DNA of 64,000 nt from an uncultured Nitrososphaeraceae archaeon (GCA_963779615.1 CAVZZA010000005.1:640001-704000); one strand, 5' to 3'. Shown: positions 1 to 11,438, counted from the stretch's first letter. The notes: generated by a model not told the origin, from the letters alone. Numbers and translations: made by a program.

Positions 1-747
1 CATTTTGAAAAATTAGGAGGGAAAGTAGAAGCGGGTGTGAACTATAAACCCCATACGGGGAACTTTGCCACCAGTCTGCACCGAATAAATTTCATAATGT
101 GGAACCAGGAATTAAAAAAACTAAGCGCCATTGTCTCTGACTCGGCAAAAAAATACGGATCCAATTCTGTTGGAGTGTATGTAGTGTCCTATGACGAAAT
201 AGCGCCTATTTTAATCCAGGCGCCTCTTTTTGAAAGCCTAGGGAAAGTAAGATGGTATGGCAGTGACAGCATAGCACAAAACCACCAGGTGACAAAGAAT
301 GTTGATGCGGCACTTTTTGCAATGCAGACCCATCTTGCGAATCCGCTGTTCTCGATAGACAGTGAAGCAGGGAAAACACAGGACCTAAAAAAGGCGCTGG
401 CTAGGGATTTGCATGAAGTAGGCTCAATAACATATCCTGCAACAGCCTATGATTCCTATTGGATAGCCTCGCTGAGCCTTTATAATAATGATACCTTGAA
501 CAACAACAACAACAACAATAAAGACAGTTCAGCCAAATCTTTTAACGAGATCGTGGGTGAAACCGCAGATTCATTTGATGGCATATCAGGCAAGGTAAAA
601 CTCAACAGCGCAGGTGACCGTGTCGGCGGAAATTATGATTTTTGGGTTGTTGGCAGAGACAACGACACTCAAAGTTACGAATGGGAAAGAGAACACAGTC
701 TTGAAACAGCAAAACAATGCCTTGTCGGATCCCATGCCCCCTGCTAG
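1..747 (+). CDS. ABC-type (LivJ/PBP type 1) substrate-binding protein, C-terminal part; 5' end outside window
   Basis: Frame 1 is open from base 1 (HFEKLGGKVEAGVNY...). Motifs WYGSDS, AYDSYWI and FDGISGKVKLNSAGDR are typical of branched-chain amino-acid binding proteins. Confidence 0.75.
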   Translation, partial: HFEKLGGKVEAGVNYKPHTGNFATSLHRINFIMWNQELKKLSAIVSDSAKKYGSNSVGVYVVSYDEIAPILIQAPLFESLGKVRWYGSDSIAQNHQVTKNVDAALFAMQTHLANPLFSIDSEAGKTQDLKKALARDLHEVGSITYPATAYDSYWIASLSLYNNDTLNNNNNNNKDSSAKSFNEIVGETADSFDGISGKVKLNSAGDRVGGNYDFWVVGRDNDTQSYEWEREHSLETAKQCLVGSHAPC

Positions 748-791
748 AAAAAAAGGGTTTTACCATGCAAACAGGTAGTAGCGGTGATGTA

Positions 792-920
792 GATGGTGGG
801 TGTGGCAGCAGGCAACAACATCAAGAACACTGTTTTTCCCTTCATGATCATCCCTTAGAATAGCAAAAGGTTTAGTTGCAGGCTGTTTTGGCAGCAGGTT
901 CTTTTCATTGACAACAAAAA
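792..920. repeat. Diverged ~130-bp intergenic repeat, copy A
   Basis: Shares colinear blocks GATGGTGG, ATCAAGAACA, ATCCCTT, AATAGCAAAA, TTTAGTTGCA, TGTTTTGGCAGCAGGTTCT and TTCATT with 2862-2990. Confidence 0.75.
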
Positions 921-1041
921 AGCGCTCAAGTTGTTAACCCTTGTTTTCTTGCAGAATATGCCTTCAATCTCCGCAACGCATAAAATTCACAATTCACGGA
1001 TGAAAAAATCAAATGTGAGCCACAAGCCAGCTCGGAAATTC

Positions 1042-2034
1042 CTATTTTTGAAGGACAACCATTACCGAGGTTAACAATATGTTATAGTATTTTATAACGA
1101 TATGCGAATGGGTTCTTTTGTATTCCAAATCTAGTGTATCCCAGATTCTTGCCTCAGAATTGTAGTCTATAACTGTGTCCAAGGTGTTTGTCGTTATCCT
1201 CAAATCCAGGGGCTCCACAAGTTTTAGTTTATCCAACCTGTCAATCAGATCAGAATGTATTGTTCTTTTGTTGAAAAACTCGGGGTGCTCTTTGTCGTTG
1301 AGGATGTACTCTGTGGATATTACGGCAATACCCCCTGGCTTTAGCACCCTTTCTATTTCCCTCATGGCTTTTAGAGCTCCGGAGTGATTTTCCCCACCAA
1401 AGTGCTCAATTGAGGAAAATGAGAATGCGATGTCAAAACTCTCATCCGGAAAGTCCAGCTTTGCTCCGCTCATTCTCAACACCGTTAGCGCATCCTCTCT
1501 GTATGGGAATGGCGAGTATTTTTTGGGATCTTTAAGAAATTCAGAGGGTGCAGCTTGTTTCCATGATTCATCATCTTCATAAAGGTCTGTTGCGTAAACA
1601 CGGGATATTTTGTTTGCAAGGTAAAATGGAATTGGCTCGATGCCACTGCCGACCCCTATAGCAGTGCTTGATTCATTTATCTTGCCAAATCTTTTCATGG
1701 CTATTAGTCCAATGGCCCATTCCCAGTCTTTTCTGTGGATGAACCCCTGTGGGTTGAGTTTTTGCAATTCTGCCAGGGCATCCCTTACTTCAGGATTTTG
1801 CCAGTCCTCCACATAGCATAACCTGTTTAGCTTTGGCCTATCATCGGGATTTACATGGTAAGGTAAATTATTCCTTGTTTTCGACAGAAATTCTTCAATT
1901 TCTTTTTTATCAAATATTTTTCCATATTCCTCTATATTTTTCCATTTTCTAAAGTCCATGAGAATTGAAGGATGGCGCTTCATAGAATATAATTTTCCTT
2001 TTAAAGTCAAGGTAAACGGCAAATGTTGTAACAA
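1042..2034 (-). CDS. Class I SAM-dependent methyltransferase (Methyltransf_11-like), paralog 1 of 3
   Basis: Motifs GVGSGIEP, LDFPDESFDIAFSFSSIEH and EIERVLKPGG; highly similar to 12819-13832 and 17235-18308. Confidence 0.85.
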   Translation of the reverse strand: MLQHLPFTLTLKGKLYSMKRHPSILMDFRKWKNIEEYGKIFDKKEIEEFLSKTRNNLPYHVNPDDRPKLNRLCYVEDWQNPEVRDALAELQKLNPQGFIHRKDWEWAIGLIAMKRFGKINESSTAIGVGSGIEPIPFYLANKISRVYATDLYEDDESWKQAAPSEFLKDPKKYSPFPYREDALTVLRMSGAKLDFPDESFDIAFSFSSIEHFGGENHSGALKAMREIERVLKPGGIAVISTEYILNDKEHPEFFNKRTIHSDLIDRLDKLKLVEPLDLRITTNTLDTVIDYNSEARIWDTLDLEYKRTHSHIVIKYYNILLTSVMVVLQK

Positions 2035-2861
2035 TTAATATTTATATTTTACCGTCATTTCTAACAACCCCGTGGCAGCATCTTGCCACGGTAAATGGAC
2101 GAAGTGGTTTTTGACCTGGCCCACAACATAATATTTTGAATTTTCCCACATTTAATGCAATATCTTTAAAGATGTAAGAAGATTTTTTTGCGCTGTATAT
2201 AGGTGTATGTGGTTGACAGATTAATCAAGCGTAAAGGTTGACCGTTGTAAGGATATGATAAGGTTCCCTTCGTTTTGATTTGTTATCCATATGCAATGTA
2301 GCGTTTTCCAACTTTGCGTCATTGTCAGAACCACTATTATAACGTCAATGCATTTTACAAAATTCTCATCATGTACATCTACAGACACTATCCATTGCTA
2401 TTCAGACAATCCACTGGATTTGATTTGTGAACCAAAGTGGCTTTATGAATATATTAGACGGGCATCACACTAAATAGCCATTAATAGTCTATAATTTGTG
2501 TTCTGAGCAATAAACAGGTATTATTATTACTCTTAACGAAAAGAGGCAAATAACTCTGAAAAGCAGCAGTGATTTTTTTAGATATTCCATTATAGGAAAG
2601 CAAAGATAGGACCCAAATTAGAAAAGCTGATGGCCATAAAGTTGTTCAGAAGCAATACGCAGATCTAATTCTGTGTTTTAAAAAAACAGTAAATTTGTCA
2701 GTTTTTAGGTAACATAGTTATTTTAGGAAATGATGCGCACATTTTAATTTGAGGCTGTTGTTTTTGTTTAACATTTCAAGCTCTAAAAATTTTACGCCTA
2801 CAGCACATAAAGTGATAAGGAACAATTGGTTTCTGGACTGAATTGTATTGCATTAAACGGT

Positions 2862-2990
2862 GATGGTGGTGGTGGTATCACGAAACAATATCAAGAACAT
2901 TACTTTTCCATGCAGGGTGATCCCTTCTCAATAGCAAAATAGATTTAGTTGCATGTTGTTTTGGCAGCAGGTTCTCCTTCATTAACAAAA
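2862..2990. repeat. Diverged ~130-bp intergenic repeat, copy B
   Basis: Aligns with 792-920. The preceding AACAATTGGTTTCTGGA (2821-2837) recurs at 4124-4140. Confidence 0.75.
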
Positions 2991-2994
2991 GCCT

Positions 2995-3924
2995 CTAGGT
3001 TGCCTTTTTTCGCTTTCTTGCCAACACATGCCTCCAATCTCCAGCCTCATTGCTTTTTTCAAACTCAATCTTAAAGTCAAAACCATAAATAAACTCCTTT
3101 ATGGGCTCGTACAGATGCGAACCATGGACTTCTATCAAAAGGGCAATGTTCTCGCTCCTGGACAGAACATTGGTTGCGCCCTTCAAAACCTCAAGCTCCG
3201 CCCCCTCGACATCTATCTTTACCCAGTTGACATCCTCCGCTTTCACCCCATTTTGCCGCAGCAGGTTGTCCAGTGTGTTTGCGTCCACCTCCACAAACTT
3301 TTCGCCACCTTTTCCCCCCCTATCGGTCATTACAGTATTGTATATGGTAAAGTCGGACTCTTGTGCCGGCAAATAGAGTTTTATTTTGGTCTCCTCCGAA
3401 AAAACAGCATAGTTTAGGGTTACCACGTTGTTCAGGTGATTTAGTTTTACATTGCGGTTGAGCATGTCAAAGTTTCCCCCATGCGCTTCAACGGCAATTA
3501 CTTTACCATTGGGACCAACGCGCATCGAACTTAATATGGTGTAATGGCCAATATGCGCACCAATGTCCACAACGGTATCGCCTTCTTCCGGAATAAAAAA
3601 TTTTATCAGGTCGTCCTCATGGCCTGTCATAAAGGTATAATCCTCATTGTTGATTCTGCAAAAGAATCGGTAGTTGTACTTTGGCACGTAGATTCTCAAT
3701 AAAACAAGGTTATGCAGATGCAGAAATCTCATAGACCTGTTCAAAAAGGAATTGAATCCGATCTGCCGGTTAATGTATAACCTGTCTCTTCTCTTCTTGC
3801 CTAAGGCTATTCGAAGCGTTAGCCTCATAATCAAATAAATGCCCTTTAAAAAATTTAGTACAAACTTGTCAGATAATGTCTCGCCCGTTGTTTCTCTTAA
3901 TAGCCGTGGAACAATGTTAGGCAT
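2995..3924 (-). CDS. FkbM family methyltransferase, paralog 1 of 4
   Basis: VVDIGAHIGHYT and KIDVEGAELEVLKGA are FkbM signatures; basic/hydrophobic N-terminal extension. Confidence 0.9.
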   Translation of the reverse strand: MPNIVPRLLRETTGETLSDKFVLNFLKGIYLIMRLTLRIALGKKRRDRLYINRQIGFNSFLNRSMRFLHLHNLVLLRIYVPKYNYRFFCRINNEDYTFMTGHEDDLIKFFIPEEGDTVVDIGAHIGHYTILSSMRVGPNGKVIAVEAHGGNFDMLNRNVKLNHLNNVVTLNYAVFSEETKIKLYLPAQESDFTIYNTVMTDRGGKGGEKFVEVDANTLDNLLRQNGVKAEDVNWVKIDVEGAELEVLKGATNVLSRSENIALLIEVHGSHLYEPIKEFIYGFDFKIEFEKSNEAGDWRHVLARKRKKAT

Positions 3925-4215
3925 TATGGAGCTCTATAAAAATAACAAAATTTAAAGGTTATAATCCCCTGTGTTTTGCCGTTTTAAAGAAAATCAAGTC
4001 AATTGGTTTCTGCATTGTATGATTTTTAAAAAAACTACATGTAAACTTAATCTGAAACCGGTATCGTGACTTGAGACGTAACAAATTTCAAAATCTTGAT
4101 GATAGTTATATAAAAGGATAAAGAACAATTGGTTTCTGGATTGTGTTGTTTTGGTGTTGAGGATTATGACAGTGACGAGGGTGGCAGCGATTGTTTTTCT
4201 AAAGTTAAGATTTGA

Positions 4216-5430
4216 GTGGAGAAAGCAACAATGAGGATATTAATGGTTTCTACCGAATATCCCCCCATGATCGGAGGGGTGGGCCGTTACACTGCCAATC
4301 TTGTGGCAGCCCTTAAAAAACGAGGAATGGAGGTTTTTGTCGTATGTGATAAATCGGGTAAAGGAGATTTTTTCGGCCTTTCGCCAAAAAATGCGCAAAA
4401 CTCAGAGACACTGTTAGAAACAGCCGATAAAGTCCATCCTGACATCATACATGTTCAGTTTGAGCCAGGGATGTATGGACTTGTAATAGATAGCATCAAC
4501 CCTTCAAAAACTATAACACATATCGACTCGTTTTATAAGAAAAGTGGTTACCCCATAGTTACCACGTTTCACACTCTCTATGACTTTAGGCAATGGATTA
4601 GTCAAGGCACGCACATAAAAAAGACAGGCAAGACAAAACAGTTTGGGATACCCCTTAGGTACCTCATCAGGCTTTGGAAATATTCCCTGAGTTACAGAAC
4701 ATTCCAAAACCAAAACAAAGAAAAGCTTGCCTTAAGCAAGGGGGGAATAGTATTTTCGCAATACGCCTCAAAACTGATTGGTGGTGGTGCAAAAGTAATA
4801 TATCACGGGGCGGAGCCGGCATTGGCCACAACCCCAAATAAATTGAAGGCAAGAAAATCGTTCTCCTTGCCGGGAGGCGAGGAAGGAGGAGGAGGAGGCG
4901 AAGGTGAAAACACTCGAATAGCATTGGCTCTTGGTTACAAAACATCAAACAAGGGCTGGGACATCCTTGGAAAGATTAGGCTGCCACAGGGATGGAAAAT
5001 AGTGATTAACTCATCCAAAAGCCACTATAACACGGAAAGCTACAGGATGGATGAGCTGTTGAGGACCAACAAGAGCATCATAGACATACAAAGGGGGTTC
5101 CTTTCCGAGGAGGAGCTTTCGGCGCTGTTCTACTCCGCGGACGCTGTTCTGCTTCCCTACAAGGTAACTGCCGGGTCTGGGGTGATGTTTGACGCCTTGG
5201 CCCACGGAGTGCCTTTTGTGGCGTCTGACTTGGGCTTCTTCAGGGAGTTTTCCGCCCTGGGGCTAGGCATATCCTCTAAAAGAACAGCTGATGGTTTTTC
5301 AAATGGGATTAAGCTGCTGGATAAAAATTATGATACCTATAAGGAGAAGGTTAACAATTTCAAGGGAGGGCTGTTGTGGGACTCTGTTGCCAAGCAGCAT
5401 GAGTCTTTATATCGTTCTTTGATACAGTAA
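4216..5430 (+). CDS. GT4 glycosyltransferase, paralog 1 of a 4-member subfamily (probable start ATG 4231)
   Basis: MRILMVSTEYPPMIGGVGRYT N-terminus and SGVMFDALAHGVPFVASD C-terminal GT-B motif. Confidence 0.9.
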   Translation: MEKATMRILMVSTEYPPMIGGVGRYTANLVAALKKRGMEVFVVCDKSGKGDFFGLSPKNAQNSETLLETADKVHPDIIHVQFEPGMYGLVIDSINPSKTITHIDSFYKKSGYPIVTTFHTLYDFRQWISQGTHIKKTGKTKQFGIPLRYLIRLWKYSLSYRTFQNQNKEKLALSKGGIVFSQYASKLIGGGAKVIYHGAEPALATTPNKLKARKSFSLPGGEEGGGGGEGENTRIALALGYKTSNKGWDILGKIRLPQGWKIVINSSKSHYNTESYRMDELLRTNKSIIDIQRGFLSEEELSALFYSADAVLLPYKVTAGSGVMFDALAHGVPFVASDLGFFREFSALGLGISSKRTADGFSNGIKLLDKNYDTYKEKVNNFKGGLLWDSVAKQHESLYRSLIQ

Positions 5431-5555
5431 ACTTGCAGTGCACAAAATCTGCGCTATGGCTACTGTGGCAGGCAAAGGACAGACAGACAGATTGATTGAT
5501 GGGGTCGTTAATGAATGAGTCCAAGGCTGGAAAATGTCTTTTGATATATTACTTA

Positions 5556-6487
5556 GAGCCTATCCCAAAATTCGATAGAATTATAGCTTGTTATAATCAC
5601 TGCTAAAGTGTGGCCTGTATCGGGAAGAAGGGCGATAAAAGGGATAATTGCACCATACTCAATATTCCAGATGAACTGTAGAAAAAGATTAGAATCATTT
5701 TGCCCAAAGAGAAACCACCTAAAACCGTTGGTCGTCCAACTGTTCCCTTCAGAAAGGTACTTGACGGTATCCATACATCCTAAGAACTGGATGCCAATGG
5801 AAGATGCTGCCTCCTGGGTATGGATCTGGCTCAACCTGCCATAGGCGATTTCAGGAGTGGATTAGACTTGGCATCTTTAGGAAAATATGGATAAGGCTGC
5901 TCAAAACTTATGATAACCTAATTGGTATCAAATGGACCGGGCAATCACTTGACAGCATATCGATAAAGTCGCCCTTAGGTGGGCGATGACAGGAAGCAAT
6001 CCCACCGACAGAAGCAAACTGGACAAAAAGACACATTTTAACGGATAAAAATGGCATACCCTGTCTGTTGTCATATCATCAGCAAGCACTCATGACATAA
6101 AGCTAGTAACAGATGTAATGGATAACATGCTTGTCAAGCGATCATCACCATCAACGAAATGCAATTCATCTAGAAAAAGAAAACTGCAAAACATATGCCT
6201 TGACAAAGCGTACAATTCCAAGACAGTAAAACAGGCCATAATCAAACGCGGCTATGTTCCCCACATACCTTACAAGAGAAACAGGGGCCAAAAAATAGAG
6301 GCGGTATGCCAAAAGAAGTATCCTGCCGCTAAAAACAAGCGATGGGTTGTAGAGAGAACAAACTCATGGCACAACAGATTCAGGAAGCTATTCACAAGAT
6401 ATGAAAAGAAGATGGAAAACTATCTTGGTTTGGTGCAGCTGCCATGCAGTATCATAATCTACAGAAAGATAATTTTGGGATAGGCGC
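5556..6487 (+). mobile_element. IS5-family insertion sequence, degenerate copy 1
   Basis: 17-bp terminal inverted repeats GAGCCTATCCCAAAATT / AATTTTGGGATAGGCGC (1 mismatch) and TTA target duplication (5553-5555, 6488-6490); transposase fragments inside. Confidence 0.9.
5620..6483 (+). pseudogene. IS5 transposase pseudogene
   Basis: Fragments [31 protein letters not shown] and RWVVERTNSWHNRFRKL. In-frame TAG near 5678 (TGG in copy 2) and indels near 5772 and 6020-6060. Start approximate. Confidence 0.85.
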
Positions 6488-7063
6488 TTAATTAATTATT
6501 GGCTGTTTGCAAAAGAAGTTTCCTCAAGTGGGCAACAGAAACACAAACCCCTTTACTAAAAAAAGGACATTATTTATTGTTCACCCCAAATGGCACAGTT
6601 GTGACCATGCGGACTGATTTTCCGAAGATAAAAAACTTTTATTCCAACACTATAAAAAAAACAAATATGCCAGGCCCTCTATTTTGTCATTCAATTAAAA
6701 ATGAAAAAAAAGTACATTAAAACAACATATTTTTTGCCAATTGTTTTAATCGAACATACCATTTAAATTAATTGCAGAAAAAAATAAAGTGGCGATGGGC
6801 TGTTGAAAAACGCCGTTATAGGTTAATGCATCACAATCCAACTAAAAAAAATATGATAAACATCAAACTAGGGGTAAAATTAGAGAAAAGCAACCAACAC
6901 ATTAAATGTTGATACGACAAGACCGTGATTCACTGCATTGTAAATTATATTTTATTAGTAAATGAATGAGTTGGTGAACGCTAAACAATCACAGAGTGCG
7001 TGATCAAATCATCCAAGTAAATATATACATACTGACACCCTTAACAAAGGAGAGAATAGAACA

Positions 7064-8026
7064 GTGAAAGAATTAATTTCGTGGTTGTTTAAGAAACCAG
7101 TGGGTGGAGTATTCCTTAATTTTGATAGATGTGTTTTGTTTATTTTAAGAATTAGTTATTTGATACAAAGAGTCGCTCTTTTGGTTTTTTTGGGAAGGAA
7201 AAAAAGAGATGACCTTTACTCTAAAGGAAGGTTTTCTTATTTTAAGGACTATTTCAGTCCATCTTTTTTTCTATCTTGTTTTTTTTTAAGGATTTTAAAA
7301 TTTTTGAAACTTGGAGACTTTAAACTTTTGAAAATGACTGTGCCCAAATACGATTACAAGGTATACTGTCCCGCCAACGGAGATGATTACCTGAATGTGA
7401 CAGTTCGTGAGGAAGAGATACTGGAGCAGTTTTCGCCTAAAGAAGGAGACGTCGTTGTGGATGTTGGTGCCCACATAGGACGGTATGCCCTCATAGGCTC
7501 AAAGCGGGTGGGTCCCACTGGAAAGGTAGTTGCCATTGAAGCCAATCCAGACAATTTCAACATGCTCAACCGCAATGTAAAACTAAACCAATTGACAAAC
7601 ATGCTAACCCTAAACTATGCGGTTTTTTCAGAGGAGACAAAGATTAAACTTTATGTTACAAGCGATAAACTGGACCCCACCATATACAACACAATACTTT
7701 TGAACAGGGCAATATACAAGGAAAAGTTTGTGGAGGTGGACGCAAACACACTGGACAACCTGCTGCGGCAAAATGGGGTGAAAGCGGAGGATGTCAACTG
7801 GGTAAAGATAGATGTCGAGGGGGCGGAGCTTGAGGTTTTGAAGGGCGCAACCAATGTCCTGTCCAGGAGCGAGAACATTGCACTTTTGATAGAAGTTCAT
7901 AATGTTGCCAATGGTTCTAATCTCTATAGTTCAATAATGGATTTGCTTGGCCATTACAATTTTAAAATTGAATTTGAAAGAACATATCCTTCAGGTGAGA
8001 AGCACGTTATTTTAAGGAAACTGTAG
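7064..8026 (+). CDS. FkbM family methyltransferase, paralog 2
   Basis: VVDVGAHIGRYA and KIDVEGAELEVLKGA motifs. Confidence 0.9.
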   Translation: MKELISWLFKKPVGGVFLNFDRCVLFILRISYLIQRVALLVFLGRKKRDDLYSKGRFSYFKDYFSPSFFLSCFFLRILKFLKLGDFKLLKMTVPKYDYKVYCPANGDDYLNVTVREEEILEQFSPKEGDVVVDVGAHIGRYALIGSKRVGPTGKVVAIEANPDNFNMLNRNVKLNQLTNMLTLNYAVFSEETKIKLYVTSDKLDPTIYNTILLNRAIYKEKFVEVDANTLDNLLRQNGVKAEDVNWVKIDVEGAELEVLKGATNVLSRSENIALLIEVHNVANGSNLYSSIMDLLGHYNFKIEFERTYPSGEKHVILRKL

Positions 8027-8738
8027 CTGTCGGTTTTTTTATGTGTAGATCCCCCTCTCAACAAACAAGGAAACTACCTGTTGCAGTATTTTTTTCATAA
8101 ACCCCAATTTTCTTTGTGCAAGGACGGTTCTTTATTTGCAGTATTTGATAAACCAGCACACTGCACTAATTCTGTAATGGCAATGTCAAAGAAAGAACCC
8201 TCAAGTCCGTCTTTTCAAAACCATTCGCATCAAGATGACTTGTCCTATCTGTCTTTGCGTTGCAAACTCAAAACATGGCAAAAAATGGCCGACCAATGCT
8301 GTGCATTTAGCGCAGTGATTTGTAGTTGTCTTCACGCAAAAAAGAGCCATCACAGGTTTTCAGCAGGGCAAATCGCGGTAGCATTTGCATCAGTAATACG
8401 GATTGTTGCCATATTTTTGCAGAACTCTTTGGTAAAAACATCAACAAAACTCATGCAACATCTCTGATGCATCCAGAAGGTGGGAGAGGGAGAGAGAACG
8501 ACGCCCAGATTGAAACAATGCCTCCAGTTACAAACCAGATGTGAACAACAAGTGGATCAAATGGAAAAACCAAAGAACACATAATGGTCCTTACGTATAT
8601 CACACAATACGAACTGTTGCATGGTTGGTTATTGCAATATGGTTCCGACATGGACCCCACTTGATTTAAGCCCAAAAGGATTGCGAGCATATAGAAATGT
8701 AGCAAAGATAAAATAAACTTGCAAAAGACCAACAAAAT

Positions 8739-9944
8739 ATGAAGATACTGATGGTGTCTGCACCATATCCTCCAATGCCTGGAGGAATAGCTCGCTATAC
8801 CCTAAATCTTACAAGAGAGCTTCGAAAATCAGGATCTGAGGTATATGTTGTTTGTGATGGCAAAGGCAATGGAGATTTTCCAATACTTTCTTCTACGAAT
8901 CAGCAGGAAAATTCAGACGCATTGCTAAATTTGATTGATGAGACAAAACCTCATGTTGTCCACATGCAGTTTGAGCCTGGCTTGTACGGGGCAACATTTG
9001 ACCAAAGGCATCCAAAAAAACTCAAGACAAGCATAGACAAGTTTTATCTTAAAAGCAAAGTTCCCATAGTAACAACCTTTCATGTCGGCCATCCCACGCT
9101 AAGTCAATGGATGAGGTCATTCTCTTTATCAAAAAAAGTGTTGTTTAAAAAAAGTGGCAGAACAGGGAAAGCGGGAGTTCCTGTGAGGGCATTGCTTAGG
9201 ATGTGGACCTACTCCCTGATGTACTATGCCATCAAAAACACAATCAAAGAGAAATTCAGGTTGAGCAAAGCCAACATAGTATTTTCACACTATCTTTCAA
9301 AGATGCTGGGTGGGGGACAGGTAATCTATCATGGAGCAGAGCCGTCAATATATCCTCATCCAGGCAAGGCAGAGGCAAGGAAAAAACTTTCAATCCCACT
9401 TGACAACAGCAATGCACAACGAATAGTTTTAGCCATTGGATATCGGTTGGACAGCAAGGGTTGGGACATCATAAAGAAACTAAAACTGCCTGACGGATGG
9501 AAATTATTGGTAAACACCTCAAAAGGATTTTCTGATGCGGAGGACCTTGTCCTTGACTGGGAGGGATCATCCGACATAATAGATCTGAAAAGAGGCTTTC
9601 TTGATGAAGAGGAACACTCCATGCTGTTCTATGCATCTGACGCAATGATACTGCCATACAAGCCAGAAGCTGGGCCATCGGGAACCCTTGTCGATGCTTT
9701 GGCTCATGGGATACCCTTCATTGCAACGGACTTGGGCTTCTTTAGGGAGTTTTCCGCCCAAGGGCTGGGCATAACGGTCAAAAGGAGCCCCCAAGAGTTT
9801 TCAAGGGGCATTGATAAATTGGAAAACAACTACCCCAAATATGTGGAAGCTGTTGATAGGTTCAAAAACAGGCTAAAGTGGAGCATTGTGGCTGAAGAGC
9901 ATGCCTCGGTATACTCCTCCATAACAGGTAACAAAAACACATAG
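8739..9944 (+). CDS. GT4 glycosyltransferase, paralog 2
   Basis: MKILMVSAPYPPMPGGIARYT and DALAHGIPFIATD motifs. Confidence 0.9.
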   Translation: MKILMVSAPYPPMPGGIARYTLNLTRELRKSGSEVYVVCDGKGNGDFPILSSTNQQENSDALLNLIDETKPHVVHMQFEPGLYGATFDQRHPKKLKTSIDKFYLKSKVPIVTTFHVGHPTLSQWMRSFSLSKKVLFKKSGRTGKAGVPVRALLRMWTYSLMYYAIKNTIKEKFRLSKANIVFSHYLSKMLGGGQVIYHGAEPSIYPHPGKAEARKKLSIPLDNSNAQRIVLAIGYRLDSKGWDIIKKLKLPDGWKLLVNTSKGFSDAEDLVLDWEGSSDIIDLKRGFLDEEEHSMLFYASDAMILPYKPEAGPSGTLVDALAHGIPFIATDLGFFREFSAQGLGITVKRSPQEFSRGIDKLENNYPKYVEAVDRFKNRLKWSIVAEEHASVYSSITGNKNT

Positions 9945-10253
9945 AGTGAGCCACCACCCTTTTACATCCTCTCCGCTTCACACCCTAACCTAACCATGAC
10001 GTCACGCAACTATTCGGATTGCAATACAAAATAAAACAACATAAAAGAAAAGAAAGGAAAAGAAGCACTAAAAACCATTTAAAAAAACATTGCTGGCTAG
10101 AGTTTGTGACTTTTTTAGGTAAAAATCACTTTCTATTTGGCCACCTGTTTTTTTAACAAAAGGGTGTGGTCCTGTGGAATTCGACAGTTTCAAACTACTT
10201 TTATATTGTGTAGGTTTTGTATTTGAAAAAGTGCAGAAAGGAGAGAAATACTA

Positions 10254-11438
10254 GTGCGGGTGTTGATGGTGTCCACAGAATATCCCCCCATCACCGGAGG
10301 AGTAGGTCGATACACCGAAAAACTTACAAAGTCTCTTAGGAAACTGGGCATAGACGTTTATGTGGCTTGCAATGATGCAGGAAAGGGCGACTTCTCTGGC
10401 CTCTCTCCACAAAACGACCAAAATTCCCAGGTTCTCCTTAAAATAGTTGACAACATCAAACCCGATCTTGTCCATATCCAGTACGAGCCAGGGATGTATG
10501 GCGCGTCAAAAAACCCTAAAAACCTCAGAAGCAGCGGTGAAACCTACATAGACTTGTTCTACAAGAGATGCCCAGCTCCGATAGTTACAACCTACCACAC
10601 CGCTTTTACACTCAAGCAATGGCTGAGCCAGGCAGAGCTTATAAAAAAGGGCGGAAAGACAAAACAGCTTGGAATACCCCCAAGATTTCTGATACGCCTC
10701 TTCAAGTATTCTTTGATCTACAGGGCATTCCAAAACCAAAACAAAGAAAAGCTTGCCCTAAGCAAGGAGGGAATAGTATTTTCGCGATACACATCAAGGC
10801 TGATTGGAGGCGGTGGTGCAAAGGTAATCTATCACGGGGCAGAGCCGGCACTGGCCACAATCCCAAGCAAAAGGGAGGCAAGAAAGTCGTTCTCCCTGCC
10901 AGAGGAGCAAGATACTAAAATAGCCTTGGCCATGGGCTTTAAAAACGTAAGCAAAGGATGGGACATTCTTTCCAAAATCACCGTTCCGGAGGGATGGAAA
11001 ATAGCGATCAACTCCTCCAAAAGGCATTACGACATCAAGAATTACGACATTGATCCAGTGCTAAGAGATAGCAAGAACATCATAGACATACAAAGGGGGT
11101 TTCTTTCCGAGGAGGAGCTTTCGACGCTGTTTTACTCCGCAGACGCTGTTCTGCTTCCCTACAAGGTAACTGCCGGGTCTGGGGTGATGTTTGACGCTTT
11201 GGCCCACGGAGTGCCGTTTGTGGCGTCTGACTTGGGCTTCTTCAGGGAATTTTCCGCCATGGGGCTAGGCACAACTTCCAAAAGAGAACCTGGCGACTTT
11301 TCAAACGCCATCAAAAGGCTTGACAATGATTATGACGATTACGTTAAAAGGGTGGCAGACTTTAAACAAAAGCTGTCATGGGACTCTGTTGCCAGGCAGC
11401 ATCAATCTGTATACACTGCCGCTGCCGCTGCTGCTTAA
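10254..11438 (+). CDS. GT4 glycosyltransferase, paralog 3
   Basis: LMVSTEYPPITGGVGRYT and SGVMFDALAHGVPFVASD motifs. Confidence 0.9.
   Translation: MRVLMVSTEYPPITGGVGRYTEKLTKSLRKLGIDVYVACNDAGKGDFSGLSPQNDQNSQVLLKIVDNIKPDLVHIQYEPGMYGASKNPKNLRSSGETYIDLFYKRCPAPIVTTYHTAFTLKQWLSQAELIKKGGKTKQLGIPPRFLIRLFKYSLIYRAFQNQNKEKLALSKEGIVFSRYTSRLIGGGGAKVIYHGAEPALATIPSKREARKSFSLPEEQDTKIALAMGFKNVSKGWDILSKITVPEGWKIAINSSKRHYDIKNYDIDPVLRDSKNIIDIQRGFLSEEELSTLFYSADAVLLPYKVTAGSGVMFDALAHGVPFVASDLGFFREFSAMGLGTTSKREPGDFSNAIKRLDNDYDDYVKRVADFKQKLSWDSVARQHQSVYTAAAAAA

Noticed and set aside
8081-8735. Short ORFs between FkbM 2 and GT4 2
   Set aside because: Mutually overlapping, no motifs, atypical composition.
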